A DNA stretch of 64,000 bases from an uncultured delta proteobacterium (GCA_963796055.1 CAWCKH010000004.1:1696001-1760000), one strand, 5' to 3'. Shown: positions 19,192 through 28,864, counted from the stretch's first letter. Made by a program: numbers and translations. Notes: generated by a model not told the origin, from the sequence alone.

Positions 19192-20543
19192 CGCCGCCTC
19201 CCCCGCGAGAGCAGCACAGCACCGGCGGCCAGGAGTCCGAGGCTGGCCGTCATCCCGAGCAGGCCTCGCCGGTTCGCCTTGCCCCGGACCACCGGGAGGC
19301 GCGAGAGGTCCGGTAGACGGCCGAGGGGCCGGTGATCGACGGCCTTCACCGCCTCGAGGACCGGGAAGGTCCGTTCCGCCGCCGCGAGGGCCAGCGCCGA
19401 GGGGCTCCGCACCAGGAGGTCGGCGGCGAGGAGGTTTCCCCGGAGATGGTCGAAGAGGCTGGAGAGGACGTACTCCCCATCGCTCCGCCCGTCGCCGTCG
19501 AGGTCCGGCCAGTCGTTGTCCGACCAGAAGTTCCCATCGAAGGAAGTGTCGGTTCGCCGGCCCACCAGGGTGAGCGGGCTCAGATTGCCGAGGAAGGCGT
19601 TGTCCTCGAAGCTGTTGGCGGCGCAGGAGTCGAAGAGGACGATCGCCGCGTCCGAGTCGGCGATCAGGTTCCGGCGGAAGACGTTGCGCCGCGAGCCCTC
19701 CAGGAAGAGGCCGCGGGCGTTGTCCAGGAGCACGTTGTCCTCGGCGACGGAGTCCTCGCAGGACTGGCAGAGCACGCCCACCGAGGCGAAGCCGCGGTTG
19801 TGGAGGAACTGATTGCGCCGGAGGATGAGCCTCCGCGAATACATCAGCACTCCGCCGGCCGCGCTGTTCTCGAAGACATTCTCCTCGAACGCGTTGTCGT
19901 CCGAGTACATGAAGTGCAGCCCGTAACGGACGTTCCGGACCACGTTGCCTCGCATCCTTCCGCCCGAGGAGGACTGGATGTAGAGCCCGTCGCGCGACAA
20001 ATCGATGCTGTTCCCGGTGAGCTCGAAGCCCCGGGTGTTCCAGATGTGGATCCCCGAGCCTTTCTCGCCATCCTCCTTGCCCGGGATTCCGTGGATCTCG
20101 CAACGATCAATCCGCGCTCCGTCGGCGGCTCGGAGATAGATGCCGAACAGCGCGCCGCTGATCCGGCAGTCGCGGGCGGTGAAGCCGGACGCTGCGACGT
20201 GGATTCCCGAAGAGTCCCGGTCGATGGAGCCGCCCCCGCGCCCGTCGATGTCGAACCCCTCGACGGTCACTCCCGGGGCGCGCACCCGGACCACGCTGCC
20301 CTTCCCCGACCCCACCAGCCGCGGCCGCCCATGGCCGACCAGGGTCACGGGGCGGTCGAGCACCAGATCTCCGGGGTATTCGCCCGGGTCGACGTCGATG
20401 CGTTCACCTGGAGCCGCGGCATCCACGCGAGGCTGGAGAACGGAGGCTTCCCCGGGCGGAGGCCTCTCCTCGAGCGCCCCCGGCTCGATGGCCGACATCT
20501 CGGGGCCACCGGCAGCGAGCGCCATGAGGAGGAGCTGGATCAC
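19188..20543 (-). CDS. nosD: NosD beta-helix maturation protein with C-terminal membrane anchor
   Basis: RDGLYI, VRYGLHFMYS, GNFWSD and DLDGDGRSD motifs; hydrophobic tail ending RGRRR. Confidence 0.92.
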   Translation of the reverse strand: MIQLLLMALAAGGPEMSAIEPGALEERPPPGEASVLQPRVDAAAPGERIDVDPGEYPGDLVLDRPVTLVGHGRPRLVGSGKGSVVRVRAPGVTVEGFDIDGRGGGSIDRDSSGIHVAASGFTARDCRISGALFGIYLRAADGARIDRCEIHGIPGKEDGEKGSGIHIWNTRGFELTGNSIDLSRDGLYIQSSSGGRMRGNVVRNVRYGLHFMYSDDNAFEENVFENSAAGGVLMYSRRLILRRNQFLHNRGFASVGVLCQSCEDSVAEDNVLLDNARGLFLEGSRRNVFRRNLIADSDAAIVLFDSCAANSFEDNAFLGNLSPLTLVGRRTDTSFDGNFWSDNDWPDLDGDGRSDGEYVLSSLFDHLRGNLLAADLLVRSPSALALAAAERTFPVLEAVKAVDHRPLGRLPDLSRLPVVRGKANRRGLLGMTASLGLLAAGAVLLSRGRRR

Positions 20544-21193
20544 CGTGCAGGCTCGCCAGCCGGGACGCTCGCCTGCACTCGCCTGCGGCGAAGGGCGAAC
20601 AGCATCGCCGCGGCCAGCAGCAAGACCACGAGAAGCATGGCGTAGGTCCCGAGCTTGGGAAACGAGTAGACGTCGAAGTTGGCCAGCTTCGCGTGGCCGA
20701 AGAGCGGGGGCATGAACGGGGCCACGTGCACCGCGGCCTGAGGCGACAGGTCGTGCCCGTACCGGTACAGGGTGTAGCCGAACGACCAGAGCGAGAAGAG
20801 ACCGAAGTAGGTGAAGAGGACGCTCACGTCGAGCAGCTGCGCCACCCGGCCGTGCACCGCGGCCCGCAGAAAGAGCAGCGCCAGTACCCCCAGGGCGAAG
20901 GGCAGCCAGCGGAACTGCGTGAAGTCCTCCTCCGTCAGGTCCTTCATCCCGATGTAATGGTTCAGGACGTTGATCTCCCGGACATCCTGACCCCGGTTCC
21001 CGCCCTGGAGCTTGAAGCTATAGATGTCCAGCCGCAGCCCGTCGGGGTACTGCGGCGCAAACATCGTCAGGTTCCAGAGGGGAAGGAAGTTGGCCAGCAC
21101 CGCCACCAGCGCGGCAAGGGCGAGGAGTGCCCGTGGATTCCAGCCCAGCGGCCGGTCGAGCAGCTGCTGCTCCTTCTCCAGCACCGAAGCCAT
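20540..21193 (-). CDS. nosB: NosB, clade II nos membrane protein
   Basis: PLWNLTMFAPQYPDGL, INVLNHYIGM, YGHDL, PPLFG...NF; four TM helices; directly after nosZ. Confidence 0.85.
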   Translation of the reverse strand: MASVLEKEQQLLDRPLGWNPRALLALAALVAVLANFLPLWNLTMFAPQYPDGLRLDIYSFKLQGGNRGQDVREINVLNHYIGMKDLTEEDFTQFRWLPFALGVLALLFLRAAVHGRVAQLLDVSVLFTYFGLFSLWSFGYTLYRYGHDLSPQAAVHVAPFMPPLFGHAKLANFDVYSFPKLGTYAMLLVVLLLAAAMLFALRRRRVQASVPAGEPAR

Positions 21194-21221
21194 GGAACAC
21201 CCCTCGCCGGCGGCGCGGCTG

Positions 21222-23084
21222 TCAGTTCACCGTCGGGCTCACGACCAGGTATCCTTGCATCTCCTGGTGCAGCGCCGAGCAGAAGTTGGTGCAGTAGTAA
21301 GGGAAGACGCCCTGCTTGTCGGCCTTGAAGGTGACCGTCTTGGTCTCCCCCGGATCGACCACCACGTTGATGTTGTAGTCGAGCAAGGCAAAGCCATGGA
21401 GCTCGTCGGTGGTCTGCTCGATGTTGGTGAGCGCCACGGTGACGAGGTCGCCCGGCTTCACGGTGAAGTTGGTGGGAGTGATGGTGGAGCGGGTGAGGAT
21501 CGCCTTCACCGTCACCTTGTTTCCTTGCCGGGTGACGCCGGTGTCCTTCAGGTCCCAGACCGCCAGCGGGTGCTTGTTCTCCTCCTTGGGGTAGACCTCG
21601 ATGGGGTGGAGCTTGCTGGCGCGGATGATCTGCGCGTAGTGCGGCTCGGGCTCGGTGAAGGCGTCGTAGAGCAGCTTCATCTTCTCGCCCGAGATGTCCA
21701 CCAGCTGCGAGGACTCGGGCTGGGAGGGACCGACCGAGAGGTGCCGCCCGTGGGAGAGCTTGTTCAGCCCCACCAGGAACCGGCCCTGTGGCTCGACCGT
21801 GTCGCCCTCGGCCGCGGCGAGGTGGCCGATGGAATAGGACATGGGCGTCTTGTCCACCACCTCCCAGGTGCCGAGCTTCCACTTGGCGATCGCGCTGTCG
21901 ATGAAGAGCGACGTGTAGGCGTACCCGTCGGGACCGAACTGGGTGTGGAGCGGTCCGAGGCCCACCGGCACCTCGGCATCCTTGATGCTCTCGTACTTGA
22001 GCACCGGGATTCCGTCCTCGTCACCGGTGAAGTCCTTGTTGCGGATGGCGGTCTGGATCTTCTCGAAGTTGAAGGCGGTGGTGATGCCGGCCAGCTTCCC
22101 CGAGCCGACGATGTACTTGCCGTCCGGAGAGACGTCGACCCCATGCGGCGACTTCCCGCAAGGCATGAAGAACACCAGGCCCGGAACCTCTCGCGGATCG
22201 AGGACCTTCACCCCGCCGATCATCTTCCCCTTTCCCTCGGCAGAGGCCTTCTCCGCCACCCGCCAGTCCACCGCGGCGATGTAGTCCCGATCCTTCTGCG
22301 AGGCGGTCACCTCCAGCTTCCCGGTGGCCCGCTCGGTGTTGTAGCTGGTGAAGAACATCCACCCGTTGGAGACCTTCTTCCCCGCGTCGCCCAGGTCGTA
22401 GTCGAAGGGCGGCATCACGATCTCCCAGCCCAGCGACATCTCACCGGTCTTGGGATCGATCTTGATGCCCGCCAGCACGCCCTTGTAATCGGTGGCGTAC
22501 TTCTCCACCGGGAGCGCCGTTCCCTTGGGGATGGGGATGGAGAAGCGGGTCCCCATCATCGCGTACTCGGTGTTGGGAGTGACGAAGCTGGAGGAGTGGT
22601 TCCCCGAGACGTTGGGAATGGGCCCCAGGATCTGCTTGGTCTTGAAGTCCCGGAGGTCGATGCGGGCGATCCGCCCGTTCATGTCGTTGATGAACAGCCA
22701 GCGGCCGTCGTAGGCGCCGTTGGTCTCCGAGAGCGCGGGGTGGTGCGCGTCGCCCCAGGTGAGGTTTCCCAGCATCTTCTTGGTGTCGTCGTCGAAGCCG
22801 TAGCCGGTCGCCGGATAGGGGGTGAACACCGGGATGGTGGAGAGGTGGCGCATCGAGGGGATGCCGTAGACGTAGACTTGGCCCGAGTGCCCGCCCGAGG
22901 CGAACATGTAGAACTCGTCCAGGTCTCCGGGCGGCACGTAGGTCTTCTGGGCAGCCACCGCGATGTCCGAGGTCACCGCCCCGCCCGGCCTCGCCGCCTG
23001 CTTCGGCGGGGTGGGCGCGCAGGTCACGACGAAGGCCGCCACCGCCAGCCCCGCGCCCAACAGAATCTTGGTCCTGGTCTTCAT
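21222..23084 (-). CDS. nosZ: Clade II (Sec-dependent) nitrous-oxide reductase
   Basis: SGGHSGQ; CuZ His motifs GDAHH, GNH, SPHG, GPLH, IGH, EPH; CuA site HGF...CTNFCSALHQEM; no twin-arginine motif; GGGAG RBS. Confidence 0.97.
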   Translation of the reverse strand: MKTRTKILLGAGLAVAAFVVTCAPTPPKQAARPGGAVTSDIAVAAQKTYVPPGDLDEFYMFASGGHSGQVYVYGIPSMRHLSTIPVFTPYPATGYGFDDDTKKMLGNLTWGDAHHPALSETNGAYDGRWLFINDMNGRIARIDLRDFKTKQILGPIPNVSGNHSSSFVTPNTEYAMMGTRFSIPIPKGTALPVEKYATDYKGVLAGIKIDPKTGEMSLGWEIVMPPFDYDLGDAGKKVSNGWMFFTSYNTERATGKLEVTASQKDRDYIAAVDWRVAEKASAEGKGKMIGGVKVLDPREVPGLVFFMPCGKSPHGVDVSPDGKYIVGSGKLAGITTAFNFEKIQTAIRNKDFTGDEDGIPVLKYESIKDAEVPVGLGPLHTQFGPDGYAYTSLFIDSAIAKWKLGTWEVVDKTPMSYSIGHLAAAEGDTVEPQGRFLVGLNKLSHGRHLSVGPSQPESSQLVDISGEKMKLLYDAFTEPEPHYAQIIRASKLHPIEVYPKEENKHPLAVWDLKDTGVTRQGNKVTVKAILTRSTITPTNFTVKPGDLVTVALTNIEQTTDELHGFALLDYNINVVVDPGETKTVTFKADKQGVFPYYCTNFCSALHQEMQGYLVVSPTVN

Positions 23085-23097
23085 GCTGCGCTCCCTT

Positions 23098-24327
23098 CTA
23101 GTGGCCCCCAGTGGAGGGGCCGTTCGCCGCACCCTTCTGCCGAAGGTGCTCGGCAAAGGCTTCGCGGAGCTTCTGGATCGCGACCTGCTTCTCGTCGGGG
23201 GTGAGGACGATCTGCCGCGAGAGCACCACCGACATGGTCCCGGTGGGCGCAGCGATGAAGTCGTCGATGGTGCGCCCGAAGCGGGCCTGCACGTCCTCGA
23301 CCGCGACCGACAGGTCGGGGCCGATCTGTGCCGGGCTCTTCACCCCGTAGACCGAGATCGAATGACAAACGAAGCACCCGGTCTTCACGAACCACGCGCC
23401 TGGGCCGGTGCGCATCCGGGCCTCGGCCTCGCGCTCTTCCTTGGTCTGCGGCTCGCTGTGCGGAGCACCGGAGAGGAACGAGGCAGGGAGCGACTCCCTC
23501 CGCCAGGAGAGCACGAGCATCGCCAGGGCCTGCGCCTCCTTGGTGGAGAAGTGGAAATTGGGCATCACCGTGTCCTGCACCAGCGTCCGCGGGTCCTTGA
23601 GGTGGGCCACGTGCCAGGCGAAGGCGGTCTGCTGCCCGGAGAGATGGCTGTAGTCGTACTGCTCTGCAGGCTTGTCCCCCACGTAGGTGAGCTCCGGCCC
23701 GATGGTGCCACCGCGCCCGTTGATCACGTGGCAGGCGCGGCAGCCCTTCTCGTTCACCAGGGCCTTGGCCAGGTTGATCGCCTCGGCGCCTTTCGTCTCG
23801 CGGTCGTAGCGGTGGCAGACGTTGCACTGCATCTGCATCAGCGAGGAGGACGGCAGGGCCAGGGAGTACGACTCACCGAGGGCCTTCCCCAGCACCGGCT
23901 CCTCCCAGTGCTCGACCGGTCCGTGCGCTTCCTGCGGGTCGACCGCGTACCCCTGTCCTCCGTGGCAGGAGGTACAGCCGAACCGGGAGGTGGGGTGGCT
24001 CCGGAGAATCTCCCGGGGGTGGCTCTTGAACGGTTCCTCGGCAGTCTCGAACCCCGACCAGCTCACCGCCTGATGGCAGGTGATGCAGCGGTCGGCCCGC
24101 TGCAGCTCGGGAACCCAGATCTGCTGCGTCCCGGACGGAATCGCCGCAGCCTTCGGGGCCCCGAACTTCTCGGTGACCCGGCGCCGGAACTCGCCCTGGT
24201 ACCAGCGCCAGTCGTGCCGGCGGTCGCTCCAGGCGAAGAGGAGGGTGGAGACGATCAGCAGCACCCCCACCCCGGCGAGCACGGTGCGGTCCCGCTTGGC
24301 GAAGGACGCGGTGCGGAGCGGTTCCAT
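23098..24327 (-). CDS. Membrane-anchored pentaheme c-type cytochrome
   Basis: N-terminal TM helix; CITCH, CTSCH, CNVCH, CRACH, CFVCH. Confidence 0.92.
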   Translation of the reverse strand: MEPLRTASFAKRDRTVLAGVGVLLIVSTLLFAWSDRRHDWRWYQGEFRRRVTEKFGAPKAAAIPSGTQQIWVPELQRADRCITCHQAVSWSGFETAEEPFKSHPREILRSHPTSRFGCTSCHGGQGYAVDPQEAHGPVEHWEEPVLGKALGESYSLALPSSSLMQMQCNVCHRYDRETKGAEAINLAKALVNEKGCRACHVINGRGGTIGPELTYVGDKPAEQYDYSHLSGQQTAFAWHVAHLKDPRTLVQDTVMPNFHFSTKEAQALAMLVLSWRRESLPASFLSGAPHSEPQTKEEREAEARMRTGPGAWFVKTGCFVCHSISVYGVKSPAQIGPDLSVAVEDVQARFGRTIDDFIAAPTGTMSVVLSRQIVLTPDEKQVAIQKLREAFAEHLRQKGAANGPSTGGH

Positions 24328-24329
24328 CG

Positions 24330-25658
24330 TCAGATCCTCGAGGGCACCTGGGGCCAGCTCTCCCAGGGCCAGTAGTAGTGCCAGTAGGGGCCGCGGCAGA
24401 ACGTGCCGACCAGCGTCAGGAGCAGCACCCCGAGCACGAAGAGCAGGAACACCGCGTTCTGCAGGCGGCGGTTCCGCGGGAACCACTGCCCGGCTTCGTT
24501 GGCGGGGCTCCGGTCCAGCCACGGCCAGAGCGTGAGCAGCACCAGGAGCGCGCCGGGAAGCAGCACCCCGCCGAGGAAGGCCCCGTTCACGGTGAAGCTG
24601 CCAATGTGGAAGGTGGTGTCGGTGACGATTTCTTGTAACCAGAGGAAGTACCAGGGGGCCTTGGCCGGATTGGGCGTGACCAGCGGGTTGGCCGGCTCCT
24701 CCAGCGGGGAGCGGACGAAGACCGCGAGCATGCTCAGCGCGGCGATGGTCCCCAGCACCACGATGCTGATCCGCCGCACCACATCTGGCACCGAGTTGAC
24801 CAGCTCATCCGGCGCCTGCAGCGTGGTCGCCCGGACCGTGGGGCCCGTCCCGCGGGCGATGCCCAGGAGCGAGTAGGTCTTGGTCGGCGACGGGGGCTGC
24901 TCCACCTTGGTCGCCGCCAGCCCCAGCTGGTCGGCGCGGGCCAGCCCTCCGTCCTTGCGCACCCGCCACATGTGGTAGGCGAACAGCACGCCCAGCAGCC
25001 CCGGCAGGAAGACGATGTGCAGCACGTAGAAGCGCAGCAGCGTCGGCTGATCGATGTTCCGCCCGCCGATGAGCAGCTCGCGCACCGTGGGGCCGATGGC
25101 CGGGATGGAGGCGGCGATGTTGGTCCCCACCGTCACCGCCCAGAAGGCCAGCTGATCCCAGGGCAGGAGGTAGCCGGTGAAGGAGAGGAAGAGGGTGACC
25201 ACCAGCATCGCCACCCCGAGCACCCAGTTCCACTCGCGGCGCTGCGCCCGGCCGTGCGCGTTCTTGTACGCCCCGGTGAGGAACACCCGGACCAGGTGGA
25301 GGAACACCACCGCCACCATGAGGTGGGCGGAGAGCCGGTGCACTGCGCGGATCCAGCTCCCGAAGGTCACCACGTACTCGATGTCCTTCACCGAGAGGTA
25401 GGCCCGCTCCACCGAGGGGATGTGGAGGAACATCAGCGGGAGGCCGGAGAGGATCAGGAGGAGGAACAGCGCCGCCGACACCGTGCCCAGCCAGAAGGAG
25501 TAGCTCCAGGCCAGCGAGCGCCGGTAGCTCCGGGCCGGGAACCAGTGCAGGGCGAAGTTGGAGGCCACTGCATCGCCGGCCTCCCGGTCCGAGCGTGGGC
25601 GAACGCTCCAGAGCCTTCGGGGTCGGACGCCGGGAGCGCTGTCGAGGGGCTTGGTCAT
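24330..25658 (-). CDS. Cytochrome b of a Rieske/cytochrome b complex (unsplit)
   Basis: Heme His pairs in VHRLSAHLM..FLHL and VLHIVFLP..AYHM; TGYLLPWDQ; Qo-region NPAKAPWYF. Confidence 0.93.
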   Translation of the reverse strand: MTKPLDSAPGVRPRRLWSVRPRSDREAGDAVASNFALHWFPARSYRRSLAWSYSFWLGTVSAALFLLLILSGLPLMFLHIPSVERAYLSVKDIEYVVTFGSWIRAVHRLSAHLMVAVVFLHLVRVFLTGAYKNAHGRAQRREWNWVLGVAMLVVTLFLSFTGYLLPWDQLAFWAVTVGTNIAASIPAIGPTVRELLIGGRNIDQPTLLRFYVLHIVFLPGLLGVLFAYHMWRVRKDGGLARADQLGLAATKVEQPPSPTKTYSLLGIARGTGPTVRATTLQAPDELVNSVPDVVRRISIVVLGTIAALSMLAVFVRSPLEEPANPLVTPNPAKAPWYFLWLQEIVTDTTFHIGSFTVNGAFLGGVLLPGALLVLLTLWPWLDRSPANEAGQWFPRNRRLQNAVFLLFVLGVLLLTLVGTFCRGPYWHYYWPWESWPQVPSRI

Positions 25659-25666
25659 GACGGGTC

Positions 25667-26179
25667 TCAGGCGACGGTGAGCCGGAAGTCGCGCTCCACC
25701 GGTTGGGCGAGGTCCACCACCAGCTGCCCGTCGTCGGAGGCGACCGAGAGCTCGTACCAGGCCAGCGGCCGGGGGGCGGGTCCGGCGACGTTGGTCCCGT
25801 CCCCGGCGTACTTCGAGCCGTGGCAGGGGCACAGGAAGCGGTGGGTGAGACGGGTCGACTTTCCGCCCACCTCCTTCGTCTCGGGATTGGAGAGTGCCTC
25901 GGCCCTCACCGTGCAGCCGAGATGGGTGCAGACCGCGGATATGGCGTGAAAGATGTGCCCCTCGCGAAAGACGAAGAGGCGCTCGTCCGGGAGGTACTTC
26001 AGCCCTTCGGGGTACTCGGAGGGCAGCCCGAGCTTCACCGTGGTGGGCGAGTCGTAGGACACGTTGGGGACCAGCGAGCGGAGCGCCGCTCCGGCCTGTG
26101 CCCCCAGCGCCACCAGTCCGGTGCCAATTCCCACCGTCTTGAGGAGCTCGCGCCGGTTGGGCTGCTTCTTCTCGCTCAT
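25667..26179 (-). CDS. Tat-exported Rieske [2Fe-2S] protein
   Basis: NRRELLK Tat motif; CTHLGC and CPCHGSKY; GPAPRPL; GGAGG RBS. Confidence 0.95.
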   Translation of the reverse strand: MSEKKQPNRRELLKTVGIGTGLVALGAQAGAALRSLVPNVSYDSPTTVKLGLPSEYPEGLKYLPDERLFVFREGHIFHAISAVCTHLGCTVRAEALSNPETKEVGGKSTRLTHRFLCPCHGSKYAGDGTNVAGPAPRPLAWYELSVASDDGQLVVDLAQPVERDFRLTVA

Positions 26180-28101
26180 GACACCTCCTCGAAGCGCTCG
26201 GTGATGGTGAATCGCTCCATGGTCATTGCGTCGGTCGGGCAGCGGATGGCGCACAGTCCGCACCGGATGCAGGCCGTGTCGTCCTTGAGCAGGGCGGTCA
26301 GCGGCAGGTCCGAGTCCTGCGACGCCACCCGCGCCAGCGCGGCCCGCTCGTCCTCGGGGAGGGCGAGCTGCTCGAGGGGGACGAAGGCCAGGCACTTCTC
26401 CGGGCAAACGTCCACGCAGCGGCCGCAGAGGACGCAGGCCTCGGGGTCGTAGATGGTCTGCACGTGACAGACCAGGCAGCGCGCCGCCTGTATCCGGGCC
26501 TCGGCGTCGCCGTAGCCAATCTCCACCTCGGCGATGCCGGTGCGGCGGCCCACGTCGAGCGTCGGGGGAGCCTCACGGTCGAGCAGCTCGAAGCCGGCGA
26601 CCATCCGGTACTGGGCCGTGGGGATCTTCTCCACCTCCATCCAGGCGCGCCGCCGCGCGCGGCCGTGCGCCAGGTATTCGTGGATGGAACGGGCAGCACG
26701 CTTGCCGTTGGCCACCGCCTCGATGAGGTTCCGGGGGCCGAAGGCCACGTCGCCTCCGGCGTAGACGCCCGGGGCGGAGGTGGCGAGGGTCTCGGGGTCC
26801 ACGCGGATCGCTCCCGAGGGAGCGAGCGCCACTCCGTCGCCGGGATGAAGGAAGGAGAGATCCGCCGTCTGCCCCACCGCGAGCACGCAGGCGTCCGCGG
26901 CGAGCGACTCGACGTCGGCGTCGTCGTAGGTAGGGGCGAAGCGGCCGCTCGCGTCGAAGACGGCCAGCACGCGACGGAGCTCCACCGACTGGAGCCGTTT
27001 CTCGCCGAGGAAGCGGAGCGGGCCGCGCCGGGTGACGAAGCGGATGCCCTCGCGCTTGGCCTCCTCGAACTCCTCCTTGCCCTGGGTGGTCCGGAGGACC
27101 GGCATCTCCTCGAAGTTCTCCAGGGAGACGACGGTCACCTCCATCGAGCCGCTCCGGAGCGCGGCTCGCGCCACGTCCAGCGATTCCTGGAGCCGCGCCT
27201 CGCCGGTCTCGGTCTCGGGCTGCGGTGCCTCCTGTCCGGCGCGCAGCGCGGTCCGGGCAGCGTCGAAGGCGACGAACCCTCCGCCGACGACCACCACCCG
27301 CTGGCCAAGGTTCATCCGGTAGCCGCGGTTGACGTTGAGCAGGTAGTCGACTGCCTTCACCACCCCGTCCAGCTCCACCCCGGGGACGTTCAGGTCCCGC
27401 CCGCGCGAGACGCCCACCGAGACGAAGACCGCCTGGAAGTCATCGGCCTTGAGCTGGGACAGCCCGAAGGACGGAGTCAGGGCGGTGTTGAGCCGCAGCT
27501 CCACCCCGAGCTCGAGGATCTTGTTGATCTCCGACTGGATCAACGCCCGGGGCAGCCGGTACTCGGGAATGCCGAAGCGCATCATCCCCCCGGCCTCGGC
27601 CGCGGCGTCGAACACGGTGACGCGGTAGCCCAGGAGGGCCAGGTCGTGTGCCGCCGACAGCCCCGCCGGGCCTGCACCGACCACCGCAATCTTTGCGCCG
27701 CGGACCGGCGCAGGCCCGGGGACCACCGGGAGGTGGAAGGCGAAGCGGTTCCCTTCCGAGACGAGGGTCTGCCGCAGGGAGTCCTGGGTGTCGGGCCGGC
27801 TCGACTCCACGCCGTAACGCTCGGTGAGATGCCGCTTCAGCGCGCGGATGGCGATCGGCGCATCGATGGCTCCGCGGCGGCAGGCGTCCTCGCACGGAGC
27901 GGCGCAGACCCGCCCGCACACCGAGGCGAACGGGTTGGGAGCCCGCGCGACGAGGAAGGCCTCCCGGTCGCGGCCCTCGCCGATGAGCTGCACGTACCGG
28001 CCGGCGTCGGTCGCAACCGGACAGCCGGCCTGACACTTCACCTGTGCCTTCCAGTCCTCCAGGTTGGGAAGGCGCGCGGCGATCGGCAGCGCGGAGCTCA
28101 T
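26176..28101 (-). CDS. NAD(P)/FAD-dependent oxidoreductase with N- and C-terminal FeS domains (GltD/NfnB/DsrL-like architecture)
   Basis: CQAGCP, CGRVCAAPCEDAC, GAGPAG, GIPEYRLP, GGGFVAFD, RCLVC, CVLCGRCVDVCP, CIRCGLCAIRCP; no signal peptide. Confidence 0.9.
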   Translation of the reverse strand: MSSALPIAARLPNLEDWKAQVKCQAGCPVATDAGRYVQLIGEGRDREAFLVARAPNPFASVCGRVCAAPCEDACRRGAIDAPIAIRALKRHLTERYGVESSRPDTQDSLRQTLVSEGNRFAFHLPVVPGPAPVRGAKIAVVGAGPAGLSAAHDLALLGYRVTVFDAAAEAGGMMRFGIPEYRLPRALIQSEINKILELGVELRLNTALTPSFGLSQLKADDFQAVFVSVGVSRGRDLNVPGVELDGVVKAVDYLLNVNRGYRMNLGQRVVVVGGGFVAFDAARTALRAGQEAPQPETETGEARLQESLDVARAALRSGSMEVTVVSLENFEEMPVLRTTQGKEEFEEAKREGIRFVTRRGPLRFLGEKRLQSVELRRVLAVFDASGRFAPTYDDADVESLAADACVLAVGQTADLSFLHPGDGVALAPSGAIRVDPETLATSAPGVYAGGDVAFGPRNLIEAVANGKRAARSIHEYLAHGRARRRAWMEVEKIPTAQYRMVAGFELLDREAPPTLDVGRRTGIAEVEIGYGDAEARIQAARCLVCHVQTIYDPEACVLCGRCVDVCPEKCLAFVPLEQLALPEDERAALARVASQDSDLPLTALLKDDTACIRCGLCAIRCPTDAMTMERFTITERFEEVS

Positions 28102-28814
28102 CGGACACTACCCCTGTGCACTCCGGATGCCACCGGACCGACTCGCTCGAATCGCGCGGCGAGCACGTTGTTCTCGAGATGGACGTGCTCGAGCGTGTCC
28201 CGGTCCATCGCCTCGAGCTCGGACATGAGCGCCCGGTAGGTAGCGCAGGCCCAAAGCGGCGGGATGAAGCGATCACTGAGTGTGCGGAGCGTTCGCAGGG
28301 CCTCGCCCACCTGGAGGTGCTCGGCCCGCATCCGGTCGAGCTCGGCGCGGATGCGTTGGCGGGACCGGGCTCTGCCGATCAGAAGGGGAAAGAGCACCGC
28401 CTCCTCGTGTTGCAGATGGGGCTCGAGGAGCCCCCGCAGGACGCGGAGGACGGACTGGATCTCCTCCAGCGACGGCTGGCGCTCGGCGTGCGCCTCGACC
28501 ACCCTCCCGGCCAGGAGCTCGACGAGGGGAAGGGTCTTGCGCAGGTAGACGTGGTGCTGATCGACGATGCGGGCGACGAGCTGGAGCGTGGTGAGCGACC
28601 GCGGGTCGAGCCCGGGCCTTCCGGGAGGCTCTCCGGCGACCGCCGCCTCCAGCTCGGCCACCAGCGCCGCCACGTCGATGCCCCGCTCGGCGCAGGCCTC
28701 GGCGAGGGGCACCGGGCCCCGGCAGCAGAAGTCGATGTCCCGCTCGACGAGAATGCCCGCGCAGCGGGGATGCTCCAGGACGATGTGTGCGACAGGCTGG
28801 TCCGGGGCGATCAC
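28098..28814 (-). CDS. ric: Ric/YtfE/ScdA-family hemerythrin-like di-iron protein (start approximate)
   Basis: IDFCCRG, HHVYLR, HLQHEEAVLFP, EH, HVHLENNVL. Confidence 0.88.
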   Translation of the reverse strand: MIAPDQPVAHIVLEHPRCAGILVERDIDFCCRGPVPLAEACAERGIDVAALVAELEAAVAGEPPGRPGLDPRSLTTLQLVARIVDQHHVYLRKTLPLVELLAGRVVEAHAERQPSLEEIQSVLRVLRGLLEPHLQHEEAVLFPLLIGRARSRQRIRAELDRMRAEHLQVGEALRTLRTLSDRFIPPLWACATYRALMSELEAMDRDTLEHVHLENNVLAARFERVGPVASGVHRGSVR

Positions 28815-28829
28815 GTGGACTTCGCGTGA

Positions 28830-28846
28830 AGCATCCGGCGTGCCCA
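28830..28846 (-). promoter_or_regulatory. Putative sigma-54 (-24/-12) promoter of the ric...nos operon
   Basis: Minus strand reads TGGGCACGCCGGATGCT, i.e. GG-CACG-N4-AT-GC with exact GG-N10-GC spacing, just upstream of ric; a sigma-54 activator gene is nearby. Confidence 0.7.
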
Positions 28847-28864
28847 AACGCCGTGGCACGATCG

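Noticed and set aside
26176..28101. Glutamate synthase small subunit (gltD) or DsrL of sulfur metabolism
   Set aside because: No gltB or dsr genes nearby; it has an extra ferredoxin domain and is coupled to the Rieske gene.
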